64,000 nt of DNA from Cyanobacteriota bacterium (GTDB taxonomy: Bacteria; Cyanobacteriota; Cyanobacteriia; PCC-6307; Cyanobiaceae). The first letter of the stretch is position 1. Every line of letters begins with the position of its first letter. Made by a program: the position numbers and the translations under genes. The stretch spans positions 160,001 to 224,000 of the forward strand of contig JBJOMY010000005.1 of NCBI GenBank assembly GCA_046052125.1, in the 5' to 3' direction. The notes beneath the pieces were generated by a model. The model searched no databases. It was not told where the DNA came from and was given only the letters and a program-made list of their open reading frames with translations. Of this stretch, positions 19,153 through 28,299 are shown one piece after another.

Positions 19153-19658
19153 TCAACACCTCAACAGCAGCAGAGGGGTTTTCACTGATTGAGCTGATGG
19201 TGATTGTCGCCATCGTAGGCATTTTAGCAGGGATTGCCATCCCAAATTTCACTCGCAACTGGGAAGATGAACGCCTGAACAGCGCCAGCAAACAGCTGGT
19301 CGCCTGGCTTGATGATCAGCGCAGAAAAGCCATTCAGCAATCAAGCCCCTGCAGGATTGCAATCACCACATCCACAGCCGATTTTAATGCGATCTGCGAT
19401 AACAACCCAAGCCAAATAGCAAACCTCAATCTTCGAAACGAAATCCGCAATAGCAGTTCGATCACCTTAAATCTGGCATACAACAACCCGACAACATGGG
19501 TCTTCACACCCCGTGGCACAACAACAACCGATTCCGAACTCCGAATCACAATGACAGGGAGTAATCTCGGTCGCTGCATCCGAATTCTCAAACCACTTGG
19601 GCTGATTCGCAGCGGAAAACTGCGTGCGGGCGCATGCATCTACACCACGAGCTACTAG
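19149..19658 (+). CDS. FimT/GspH-like minor pilin
   Basis: ATGA overlap; EG|FSLIELMVIVAIVGILAGIAIP, WVFTPRG, RCIRILKPLG. Confidence 0.85.
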   Translation: MINTSTAAEGFSLIELMVIVAIVGILAGIAIPNFTRNWEDERLNSASKQLVAWLDDQRRKAIQQSSPCRIAITTSTADFNAICDNNPSQIANLNLRNEIRNSSSITLNLAYNNPTTWVFTPRGTTTTDSELRITMTGSNLGRCIRILKPLGLIRSGKLRAGACIYTTSY

Positions 19659-20863
19659 CGCTACGGCGCAACAACCGAGGGGGTTTTTCACTCGTTGAGG
19701 TGCTCTTGGCAGCATCCCTTGGAGGAATGCTCTGCATCATCGTAGCCGACGCGATGATTGTGCACTTGCGTTCTAATGCCAGCCTCGAATCCACAGAACG
19801 CCTGCGAAACGACTGGACGCGCAGCAGCCACTTCATCGAATCAGAAGTGGCACTCAGCGAGAGAGTTTTAACCAACGCTGACAGCGTCAACCTCAACCAG
19901 TGCACGCCCGGCATCACAGAGGATGAATTTCGATTCGCCCTGGAAATCCGCCGAGATCTACCACCAGCCATCTACTTTGTTCGCAATAACTCCGACGACA
20001 GCAGTCACCAGATCTGGAATAGCAGCCAAAGCCTGTTCCGCTGCGGACCAGGAATCAATGAGGAGGGAGACTATACCGACGTGATCACCGGCAGCAATCA
20101 ACTCTTAGGAGGGGCCGATCGAATCGTTGATGGACTAAGCGATGCCTGCACATTAAGCACCAGCAACGGCGCCAGCACGAGCAAATCCCTCAACTTCACC
20201 CTGTGCATCCAGGGGATCGGCACTCAGAAGTTTCAAGCATCAACAAGCACATACTCCCGCATCAGCCCCGTCTATTCCTACCCCAACTCCAACAGCCTAT
20301 GCAGCGACACCAATCTGAGTATTGAGGGATTTTACAAACTCAGTGGGGGCGACAGCAACGCCAACACACTCGAAGTCCCCCAAGGCGCTGTTCCCGCTGA
20401 TCAGGATGTGTTGATCTGCGGCTACGGAGGTGGAGACATCATCGAAGGATCAAGTTCAAACGATGTTCTCGAAGCAGGAGACCTACCAAGCAACACAAGC
20501 AACCCAACAGCCACACTCAGCGGACTTGCAGGTAATGATCGATTAGTAGGAGGCAAAGGCAACGATCAACTCAATGGCAATGATGGCGACGACATTCTGA
20601 TTGGCATGGACGGCAACGATACGCTGACAGGGGGGGCAGGCGAGAACCGCTATCTACCAGGCCTGGGCCAAGATTCCATTGTTGGCGGAAGCAATCTAGA
20701 TGTTGTTTTCCTCGACGGGGTGAGAACTAATTTTGCGGGCCTTAGTGCCTGCACACGCAGCAACTGCAGCCTCACTTACAACGAGGCGGGAGCTTCTCAA
20801 AGCATCACCGCCAGTAATGTAGAAGTGCTGATCTTTCGCGACGGTCGCTTCGATCTACGTTGA
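19634..20863 (+). CDS. PilW-like minor pilin fused to RTX Ca2+-binding repeats
   Basis: RGG|FSLVEVLLA, LFRCGP, then GLAGNDRLV-GGKGNDQLN-GNDGDDILI-GMDGNDTLT-GGAG nonamers and C-terminal NVEVLIFRDG. Confidence 0.85.
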   Translation: MHLHHELLALRRNNRGGFSLVEVLLAASLGGMLCIIVADAMIVHLRSNASLESTERLRNDWTRSSHFIESEVALSERVLTNADSVNLNQCTPGITEDEFRFALEIRRDLPPAIYFVRNNSDDSSHQIWNSSQSLFRCGPGINEEGDYTDVITGSNQLLGGADRIVDGLSDACTLSTSNGASTSKSLNFTLCIQGIGTQKFQASTSTYSRISPVYSYPNSNSLCSDTNLSIEGFYKLSGGDSNANTLEVPQGAVPADQDVLICGYGGGDIIEGSSSNDVLEAGDLPSNTSNPTATLSGLAGNDRLVGGKGNDQLNGNDGDDILIGMDGNDTLTGGAGENRYLPGLGQDSIVGGSNLDVVFLDGVRTNFAGLSACTRSNCSLTYNEAGASQSITASNVEVLIFRDGRFDLR

Positions 20864-20869
20864 CTCCGC

Positions 20870-21538
20870 TCATCCGCGCAAACCCATCACCTGCTCCAGA
20901 GCAATCCGCTGCACTGATTCACCCTGAACGCTTCCAAGCTGCTGCTCAATCCGTAGCGCCAAGAGACCCGCTTGGGAATCCAGGCAAACCGAAAACGGCT
21001 GAGTGAACGACTTGGCCAACTCAACAGCGGCAATGCCGCCCACAGAAGCGAAGTGGATTTGACATCCGCTCCAAACCTGAGGCTTCGCAGCCAACCCATC
21101 AATCACCACCCGATTGAGCGCCTGAGACCCACCACTGATCAAACCATCCAAACCAAACGCGGGCCCACAACGCATCAACACGCGGCCGCGCCAGATCGCG
21201 CTGGGGGCCGCGCCCACTGAATAGGTGATCGGCCCAGCAGCCGTGCGCAGATGCAACACGGGGATTCGGCCCGCCAGGCTGCACCCGTGCTGCTCCAGCT
21301 CCGGCGTTTCGCTCACAGCCGTGGTCTGAGCAAGATCGTGTTTCACCAGCTCAAGCGTGCGCCTCTGAGCGGCCCGTTCGCGCAACAGCCGCGAAAAGCG
21401 GGCTCCGTTTTGCCCTTCAGCCATCAGGCCCTGCAACATCACGCCGCTGAGCGCCAGGCCCAGGCTCAACGAGAGCATCAGCTCCACCAACGAAAACCCG
21501 CCCATGGCCCTACAGCGAAGGGTCGGGTTCACAGCCAC
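20870..21538 (-). CDS. PilW-like minor pilin
   Basis: MGG|FSLVELMLSL; LMRCGP motif shared with 19634-20863. Confidence 0.82.
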   Translation of the reverse strand: MAVNPTLRCRAMGGFSLVELMLSLSLGLALSGVMLQGLMAEGQNGARFSRLLRERAAQRRTLELVKHDLAQTTAVSETPELEQHGCSLAGRIPVLHLRTAAGPITYSVGAAPSAIWRGRVLMRCGPAFGLDGLISGGSQALNRVVIDGLAAKPQVWSGCQIHFASVGGIAAVELAKSFTQPFSVCLDSQAGLLALRIEQQLGSVQGESVQRIALEQVMGLRG

Positions 21539-22016
21539 CGTTGCGGTAGCGGCCCAGCCGCGTGATCCCGAGCGGCAACGCCATCACCAGGCAGCGCTGC
21601 AGCGTTGTGCCGGGGGAGCTGAGCACGGCTGTGCCCCCATCGAGCACCAGCCCATTGCTGCTGAAGCGCAGCACAGCCGGGAAGTTGTGCGCCAAGCGCA
21701 CCTCCCCAGCCGCAATGGGCTCCTTCAGGCTCTCGAGCGTTTGCAGGCAGGGCGACAGGCTGCTCTGAGCCGGCGGCATCCATCCCTCCGGCTGCAGGCT
21801 GAGGCCGCAGGGTCGCCCCAGCTTCTGAGCCTCGGCCCGGCCCCGCTGAACGCCCTGATCCAGGCGGCGCGTGGCTGCTTCGAGCCGCTGGCGGGCCAGG
21901 GTTTCGCTGCCGCCGCTCCAGCCCAACACAGCCAGCAGCCCAACAATGGCGATCCCCACGAGCAGCTCAGCCAACGAGAAGCCATCCGACTCCTGAGACC
22001 TGGCACGCGCCATCAC
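21510..22016 (-). CDS. FimT/GspH-like minor pilin
   Basis: SDG|FSLAELLVGIAIVGLLA, LRFSSNG, RCLVMALPLG. Confidence 0.82.
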   Translation of the reverse strand: MMARARSQESDGFSLAELLVGIAIVGLLAVLGWSGGSETLARQRLEAATRRLDQGVQRGRAEAQKLGRPCGLSLQPEGWMPPAQSSLSPCLQTLESLKEPIAAGEVRLAHNFPAVLRFSSNGLVLDGGTAVLSSPGTTLQRCLVMALPLGITRLGRYRNGGCEPDPSL

Positions 22017-22435
22017 GGCAATCCCTCCACCTGGCTGTCGGTGAGGGGCGCGTTGGCCGTGCAGGAGGTACCCAGCCCCGCGGGGGTGACTAACCGCTCA
22101 CGCACCACGCCTGGCTCACCCACAAACCGCCAGCGCAGCCGCAGCTCATCCGGTTGCTCGCCCACCACCACCTCCCGCTGGAGCTGCGGTGGAGTTGGCA
22201 CAGCAGCAGCCAGAGCCTTCAGCTGCTCAGAGTTGATGGCACAAACCTCAGCTCCCGCCAACTCGCGATGCCAGTGGGCCTGCAACTGCAAGCGATCCAG
22301 CTCGATCCGCTCAAGGCGTTGCTGACGCAGCTCCGTTTGCTGCGAGCTGCTTGCTGCCTGAGCGAACAGCTGCAGGGAGCTGCCCGAGGCAGCGGTGAAC
22401 ACCGCCGCCGCCACCAGTACTTCCACCAACTGCAT
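22013..22435 (-). CDS. PilV-like minor pilin, apparently without leader peptide
   Basis: Begins MQLVEVLVAAAVF (Glu5 counted from the initiator Met); AAGGAG 8 nt upstream; TGATG overlap with the upstream gene. Confidence 0.72.
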   Translation of the reverse strand: MQLVEVLVAAAVFTAASGSSLQLFAQAASSSQQTELRQQRLERIELDRLQLQAHWHRELAGAEVCAINSEQLKALAAAVPTPPQLQREVVVGEQPDELRLRWRFVGEPGVVRERLVTPAGLGTSCTANAPLTDSQVEGLP

Positions 22436-22884
22436 CAGCCCAGCTCCTTCACGCCTGACGTGCCCAGCCAGTAGCGGCGCGCCAAACCGCCATCTGGAAG
22501 CTCGAGCTGCAGGGCCCCTCCGCCCTCAGGCTGCGGCGTCCAACCCGCCAGCTGCAGCGGCTGCCCATCGATCCACAGCCGTTGCAGAGCATCGGGATCC
22601 AGCCCGGCAGGGCAAGGCTCACGCAACGCCTGCAGGCGCCAATCCGCCAGAGGCACCGCTTTGAGGCAGGCGAGGCGCCCCTGAAAATCGGCCGCCAGGC
22701 GCTGTGCCCCTGAGGCCAGGCGATCTTCCGCCTGCAGGCGCGTGCGCTCAGCCGCCTGCACCTGACGGGTGTGCAGCACCAGCGAGTGCAGCGACAGGCT
22801 GCTCAGCAGCAGCACCAGAGCCCCGGTGATCGACAGGGGCAACACAAATCCGGCATCCCGGGCCGGGTGAACACGCTGAACCAT
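22435..22884 (-). CDS. Short PilX-like minor pilin
   Basis: DAG|FVLPLSITGALVLLL (no Glu5), QAEDRLASGAQ. Start at ATG 22884. Confidence 0.75.
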   Translation of the reverse strand: MVQRVHPARDAGFVLPLSITGALVLLLSSLSLHSLVLHTRQVQAAERTRLQAEDRLASGAQRLAADFQGRLACLKAVPLADWRLQALREPCPAGLDPDALQRLWIDGQPLQLAGWTPQPEGGGALQLELPDGGLARRYWLGTSGVKELG

Positions 22885-22957
22885 GGAGCATTCCGGCAAA
22901 CCATGGGCTGAGCATTCCCCCCGCAGCTACAAAGGAGCCATCAGCAGCACCGCTGCG

Positions 22958-23701
22958 ATGGCCGAAGGGCTGGACCGCGAAATTGAACTGCTGGAGATCC
23001 ACGAAGTCTCCGCCTGGCGCCAGCAGCTCGGGGCGGCCGCCGCAGGCCTGGTCACAGCCGGGCCGATCGGCTTGATCGCGTCCCTGATCGCCTTTCGCAA
23101 GCTGGAAGGCAACTGGCTGCCCTGGGCTCTGATCGGTGTGCTGGCGGCCCCACCGCTGGCCTACGGCCAATGGCGCGGGGTGGAAGCACTGCAGCGCTTG
23201 CAAGCAGGCGCTGATGCAGCTGCCCTATCCGATCTGGCCGCAGCCCAGCTGATCACGGAAACCGATCGCATCGCACGCAGCTGTGCCCTGGCCCAGCGCA
23301 AGGGCGTCAGCGCCGGCCCCATCCGCAACCCCCTCGACGGCAGCGACCTGTTCTGCGATCCCAGTTACCCCGCCACCGTGGTGATCACCAGCCAGAGCTT
23401 TGCGCCGTTGCAGCAATCCCGCAGCTGCGGCAACAGCACCCTGACGCCGGGCACCAGCGCCGCACAATGGTTGGTGTCGCCAGCGGGCACCCTGGTATGC
23501 CAGGCCATTGCCAGCTCAGGCTTCTGGTGGTGGGAGCAGGCCACGATCAACCGCCAGATGCTCTACCGCCGCTGCACCGAGAACCTTCGCCAGGAGGCTC
23601 GCACCGGTTTCAGCCGCACCGCCCACCAGCTCGGCCTGCGCGACTACTGCGCTGAGGAGCGCGCTCTGCTGGCGCGCGACCGGATCAGGGGGCTGCCGTA
23701 G
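22958..23701 (+). CDS. Membrane protein with Cys-rich, possibly pilin-like extracellular domain
   Basis: Hydrophobic N-terminal segments (AAAAGLVTAGPIGLIASL; WLPWALIGVLAAPPL) followed by a 4-Cys domain. ORF track start is 22883. Confidence 0.65.
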   Translation: MAEGLDREIELLEIHEVSAWRQQLGAAAAGLVTAGPIGLIASLIAFRKLEGNWLPWALIGVLAAPPLAYGQWRGVEALQRLQAGADAAALSDLAAAQLITETDRIARSCALAQRKGVSAGPIRNPLDGSDLFCDPSYPATVVITSQSFAPLQQSRSCGNSTLTPGTSAAQWLVSPAGTLVCQAIASSGFWWWEQATINRQMLYRRCTENLRQEARTGFSRTAHQLGLRDYCAEERALLARDRIRGLP

Positions 23702-24389
23702 GCACTGGCGCGTTGGTGGCTGCCGCCTGCAGGCAGGCCGGCAAAAACACCCACCAGCTCAGCGTGGAGGTGCACTGCTGGGGATTCAGGCAAGGCAGGC
23801 TCGAACAGCGCTGGGTGGGAGGGCCGCCCAGTACCACCACAAAAGAGGTGGGCAGTTCCCGCAGGATGCCCATCGCCGAGATGGTGCCGCCCTTGGCGGT
23901 GCGCAGAATCGCAGAGCGCAGGCCTTCCACCCGCAGATCGCGGCCTTGGGCGAGCAGCGGCCGATACGCCTGAGTTTGCTGCTTCAGGAACGCCACACCC
24001 GCCGGTGAATAGAGGAAGTTGGCGAGGGGCACCAGCTCCACCGCGTAGGGCTTTGCGAGGGCCACCCGCAGCTGATCGTCGGGCCAACCGGAATTGGCGG
24101 CCAGCTGCAACAGGCGCTGATCCGTGAACGTGCCATCAGCCACGAACTGCTGCAGGGCGGCGTAGGGGATCGTCCAGAGTTCGGCGCCGCTCGCCAGGCG
24201 CAGGGTCTGCGTGGCACCTGGAGGTTCAAGCGCAGCCGGCGGCACGATCACAGGACCAGCCGGCGCTGGAGTAGCGCCTGGGTTGGCGGTGGTGGGTTGA
24301 GGAGTCGGTTCCGCCCCGCGCGAAGAAGTGGCCCCCAGAAGGAGGCCAACTCCGAACAGCGCCGCCAGAGCCTCGGAGAAACGGCTCAC
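23685..24389 (-). CDS. DUF1400-like exported protein
   Basis: Signal peptide; [32 protein letters not shown]....G.IS...ILRELP. Confidence 0.65.
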   Translation of the reverse strand: MSRFSEALAALFGVGLLLGATSSRGAEPTPQPTTANPGATPAPAGPVIVPPAALEPPGATQTLRLASGAELWTIPYAALQQFVADGTFTDQRLLQLAANSGWPDDQLRVALAKPYAVELVPLANFLYSPAGVAFLKQQTQAYRPLLAQGRDLRVEGLRSAILRTAKGGTISAMGILRELPTSFVVVLGGPPTQRCSSLPCLNPQQCTSTLSWWVFLPACLQAAATNAPVPTAAP

Positions 24390-26194
24390 TGGTTGAGCTT
24401 GAGCACGGCCATGAAGGCCTCTTGTGGCACATCCACCTTGCCCATCGCTTTCATGCGCTTCTTGCCCTTGGCCTGTTTCTGCAACAGCTTTTTCTTACGG
24501 GAGATATCGCCGCCGTAGCACTTGGCGAGCACGTCTTTACGCATAGCGCTGATGCTCTCGGAAGCGATCACTCGGCTGCCGATCGAAGCCTGAATCGGGA
24601 TCTTGAACTGCTGACGGGGGATCAATTCCTTGAGTTTCTCCACAAGGCCCTTACCCACGTTGTAGGCCTTATCGCGGTGCACAATCGTGGTGAGTGGATC
24701 CGCTTTTTCAGCATTGATTAATACGTCCAGGCGCACCAGATCGTTTTTGCGATAGCCGATCAGGGAATACTCCATCGAGGCATAGCCTTTGGTGCGGCTC
24801 TTCATCTGATCGAAGAAATCAGTCACCACCTCGGCAAGCGGCATCTCGTAGTGCAGGGTGACGCGATCGGTCGTGATGTATTTCATATCAATGAATTCAC
24901 CCCGCCGCTCCTGGCACAGCTCCATCAACGTGCCGTTGTAGGTGTTGGGGGTGTAGATCTCGAGCTTCACATAGGGCTCTTCGATCGATTCACGCTTCTG
25001 GGGATCCGGCAGCGTTGCGGGGTTATCCACCATCACCGTGGTGCCATCCAGCATGTTCACCTGATAGATCACCGATGGCGCGGTCACGATCAGATCAAGG
25101 TTGTATTCCCGCTCGAGGCGCTCCTGCACGATCTCCATGTGCAGCAGGCCAAGAAAGCCGCAGCGGAAGCCGAAGCCCATGGCGCTGCTGGTTTCCGGCT
25201 CGTATTTGAGCGCGGCATCACTGAGCTGCAACTTGTCGAGCGCTTCGCGCAGATCGGGGTATTGATCGGCGTCCGTGGGGAACAGGCCGCAGAACACCAT
25301 CGGCTTGGCCTCGGTGTAGCCGGGCAGTGGCTCTGAAGCCGGGTTGTTCACCAGGGTGATCGTGTCGCCCACGCGCGCATCGGCCACGGCCTTGATCGAG
25401 GCCGCGAGATAGCCCACCTCTCCGGCCTGAAGGCTGTCCACCTTGCGCTGATCCGGGGCCATCACGCCCACTTCATCGAGCTCATAGGTTTTCTTGCTGG
25501 CCATCAGCAGCACCTTGTCTTTGGTGCGGATCGAGCCGGAGATCACCCGGAAATACACAATCACTCCCCGGTAGGGGTCGTAATAGGAATCGAAAATCAA
25601 GGCTCGCAAAGGCTCATTCAGCCGATCGGGCGGCGGCGGCACCCGATCCACCACGGCCTGCAGGATTTCAGGAACGCCCAGGCCGCTCTTGGCGGAGCAG
25701 GGAATCGCGCCAGTGCAGTCGAGGCCGATGATCGCTTCGATCTCTTCGCTGATGCGCTCGGGATCGGCGCCAGGAAGATCGATCTTGTTGAGAACAGGAA
25801 TGATCTCGAGATTATTTTCGATCGCCAGATACACATTGGCCAGGGTCTGCGCTTCAACGCCCTGGCTGGCATCCACCACCAGCAGTGCGCCCTCGCAGGC
25901 CTGGAGGGAACGACTCACCTCATAGGAGAAGTCAACGTGGCCGGGGGTATCAATCAGGTTGAGGATGTAGGTCTCACCATCGGCGGCTTTGTATTCCATG
26001 CGCGCCGCCTGCAGCTTGATCGTGATGCCGCGTTCACGCTCGAGCTCCATGTTGTCGAGAAACTGCTCCTGCATGTCGCGGGCAGCCACGGTTCCCGTGT
26101 CCTGCAACAAGCGATCAGCCAGCGTTGATTTGCCGTGATCGATGTGAGCAATGATGCAGAAGTTGCGGATCCTCGAGGCGGGAACGTCGGTCAT
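24386..26194 (-). CDS. lepA: Elongation factor 4
   Basis: [48 protein letters not shown]. Confidence 0.99.
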   Translation of the reverse strand: MTDVPASRIRNFCIIAHIDHGKSTLADRLLQDTGTVAARDMQEQFLDNMELERERGITIKLQAARMEYKAADGETYILNLIDTPGHVDFSYEVSRSLQACEGALLVVDASQGVEAQTLANVYLAIENNLEIIPVLNKIDLPGADPERISEEIEAIIGLDCTGAIPCSAKSGLGVPEILQAVVDRVPPPPDRLNEPLRALIFDSYYDPYRGVIVYFRVISGSIRTKDKVLLMASKKTYELDEVGVMAPDQRKVDSLQAGEVGYLAASIKAVADARVGDTITLVNNPASEPLPGYTEAKPMVFCGLFPTDADQYPDLREALDKLQLSDAALKYEPETSSAMGFGFRCGFLGLLHMEIVQERLEREYNLDLIVTAPSVIYQVNMLDGTTVMVDNPATLPDPQKRESIEEPYVKLEIYTPNTYNGTLMELCQERRGEFIDMKYITTDRVTLHYEMPLAEVVTDFFDQMKSRTKGYASMEYSLIGYRKNDLVRLDVLINAEKADPLTTIVHRDKAYNVGKGLVEKLKELIPRQQFKIPIQASIGSRVIASESISAMRKDVLAKCYGGDISRKKKLLQKQAKGKKRMKAMGKVDVPQEAFMAVLKLNQ

Positions 26195-26277
26195 TCGCTG
26201 CGTCTTCTCTGGTGGGGTCCCGGCGCGGGGCGGTGGATCTCGATGGGCCGATCCTAGGGAGAGACGCTGCTGCCCCC

Positions 26278-26616
26278 ATGCCGAACACCCCTGCCTGGCT
26301 GCTGTTGTTGCTGGCCATTGCTTCAGAGGTGGTGGGCACCTCCTGCCTCAAGCTCTCCGCCGGAATGAGCCGGCCCCTACCCACCCTGGTGGTGCTGGCG
26401 GCCTATGGCAGCTCGATGCTGCTGCTCTCCCGAGTGGTGCAGACCATCCCGCTCGGCATCACCTATGCGCTCTGGAGCGGAGTCGGCATCGTGGCCATCG
26501 TGCTGGTGGGGCTGCTCGCCTACCGGCAGGTGCCGAGCCCCGGCCAATTGGTGGGCATCGCTCTGATCGCCGCTGGCGTGGTGATCGTGAACCTCACCGG
26601 CCAACTGGAGGCCTGA
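26278..26616 (+). CDS. SMR/DMT family small multidrug efflux protein
   Basis: [28 protein letters not shown]; four TM segments. Confidence 0.92.
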   Translation: MPNTPAWLLLLLAIASEVVGTSCLKLSAGMSRPLPTLVVLAAYGSSMLLLSRVVQTIPLGITYALWSGVGIVAIVLVGLLAYRQVPSPGQLVGIALIAAGVVIVNLTGQLEA

Positions 26617-26670
26617 GGCTGATCAACCCGTAAAAGGCGCTTCCTAAGCTCGTTTCAAAACAGAAACCCC

Positions 26671-26961
26671 ATGAGCACCGACACCACAGCCGCAACCCCC
26701 GAAGCAGCCGCCCCTGAGGCCAACGACCCCCGCGCCCTCACCCTCGAAAACGTGGAGCGCACCCTCGATGAGCTGCGCCCCTATCTGATGGCTGATGGCG
26801 GCAACGTGGAAGTGGTGGAAATCGATGGCCCGATCGTGAAGGTGCGCCTGCAGGGCGCCTGTGGCTCCTGCCCCAGCAGCACCATGACCTTGAAGATGGG
26901 CATCGAGCGCAAGCTGCGCGAAGCCATCCCCGAAGTGAACGAAGTGGTGCAGGTGCTCTGA
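26671..26961 (+). CDS. nfuA: NifU/NfuA-type Fe-S cluster carrier
   Basis: [33 protein letters not shown]. Confidence 0.92.
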   Translation: MSTDTTAATPEAAAPEANDPRALTLENVERTLDELRPYLMADGGNVEVVEIDGPIVKVRLQGACGSCPSSTMTLKMGIERKLREAIPEVNEVVQVL

Positions 26962-27015
26962 GCTGGTCGCTCAGAAACCCTGGCCCGTAGGCTCGCCGCA
27001 CTTGCTTTAGGGCCC

Positions 27016-28299
27016 GTGCTGGATCAGCGCCTGCTGCGCGACAACCCCGAGCTGATCACTGCACAGCTCGGCCGTCGCGGCATGACGCTCGACCTCACGG
27101 GCCTTCAGCTCATGGCCCGCCAGGAGCGCGACCTGGAGGAGCAGCGCAGCAACCTGCAGGCCGAGGGCAACCGCATCGGTAAGGAGGTGGGCCTGAAGAT
27201 CAAGGGGGGTGCCGCCCCAAATAGCCCTGAGGTGCAGGAGCTCCGCAACGAAGGCAACCGCATCAAGCAGCAGGTGGCGGTGCTGGAAGAAGAGGAGAAA
27301 GCCCTCGAAGCCAAGCTGCGCGAGCAGCTGCTCACCCTCCCCAACCTCCCGTCGCCCGATGCCCCAGATGGGCGCAGCGAAGACGACAACGTGGAACTCA
27401 AGCGCTGGGGCACCCCGCGCGCCAAAGAAGACTGGCTCGAGGAGCACTGGCAGATCGCCGAACGGCTCGGCCTGTTTGAAACCGAACGCTCCGTGCGCAT
27501 CGCCCAGAGCCGCTTCGTCACGCTGATGGGCCAGGGCGCCCGGCTGGAGCGGGCCCTGATCAACTTCATGCTCGACCTGCACGGCGGCAAGGGCTACCGC
27601 GAGGTGCTGCCACCGATCCTCGTGAACAGCGCCAGCCTCACCGGCTCAGGCCAGCTGCCCAAATTCGCCGAGGAGAGCTTCCGCTGCGCTGAAGACGACC
27701 TCTGGCTCACCCCCACCGCTGAGGTGCCCGTCACCTCCCTGCACCGCGACGAGGTGATCCCGGCCGAGCAGCTGCCGCTGAAATACGTGGCCTACACCCC
27801 CTGCTTCCGCCGCGAAGCCGGCAGCTACGGGCGTGACACCCGCGGCCTGATCCGCCTCCACCAGTTCAACAAGGTGGAGCTCTACTGGTTCTGCCATCCC
27901 GACCACTCGGCCGAAGCGCATCAACAGATCACCGCCGATGCCGAAGCGGTGCTCGAGGCGCTGGAGCTGCCCTACCGCAAGATCGAGCTCTGCACCGGAG
28001 ACATGGGCTTCTCAGCCTCGCGCACCTACGACCTCGAGGTGTGGCTGCCCGGCGCCGGCGCCTACCGCGAAATCTCCAGCTGCTCGGTGTGCGGCGATTT
28101 CCAGGCCCGCCGCTCCGCCATTCGCCTGAAAGACGGCAAAGGCACCCAGCTCGTGCACACCCTCAACGGCAGCGGCCTGGCCGTAGGGCGCACCATGGCG
28201 GCCCTGCTGGAAAACGGTCAGCAAGTGGATGGCTCAATCCAGCTGCCTGCAGCCCTGGTGCCCTACTTCGGCGCCGAGCGAATCAGCGCGGTGAGCTGA
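27016..28299 (+). CDS. serS: Serine--tRNA ligase
   Basis: GQLPKF, PTAEVP, FRREAGSYGRDTRGLIRLHQFNKVE, HTLNGSGLAVGR. Confidence 0.99.
   Translation: MLDQRLLRDNPELITAQLGRRGMTLDLTGLQLMARQERDLEEQRSNLQAEGNRIGKEVGLKIKGGAAPNSPEVQELRNEGNRIKQQVAVLEEEEKALEAKLREQLLTLPNLPSPDAPDGRSEDDNVELKRWGTPRAKEDWLEEHWQIAERLGLFETERSVRIAQSRFVTLMGQGARLERALINFMLDLHGGKGYREVLPPILVNSASLTGSGQLPKFAEESFRCAEDDLWLTPTAEVPVTSLHRDEVIPAEQLPLKYVAYTPCFRREAGSYGRDTRGLIRLHQFNKVELYWFCHPDHSAEAHQQITADAEAVLEALELPYRKIELCTGDMGFSASRTYDLEVWLPGAGAYREISSCSVCGDFQARRSAIRLKDGKGTQLVHTLNGSGLAVGRTMAALLENGQQVDGSIQLPAALVPYFGAERISAVS

Noticed and set aside
16674..20863. Diversity-generating retroelement or invertible shufflon acting on the pilins
   Set aside because: No reverse transcriptase, recombinase, template/variable repeat pair or flanking inverted repeats seen by eye.
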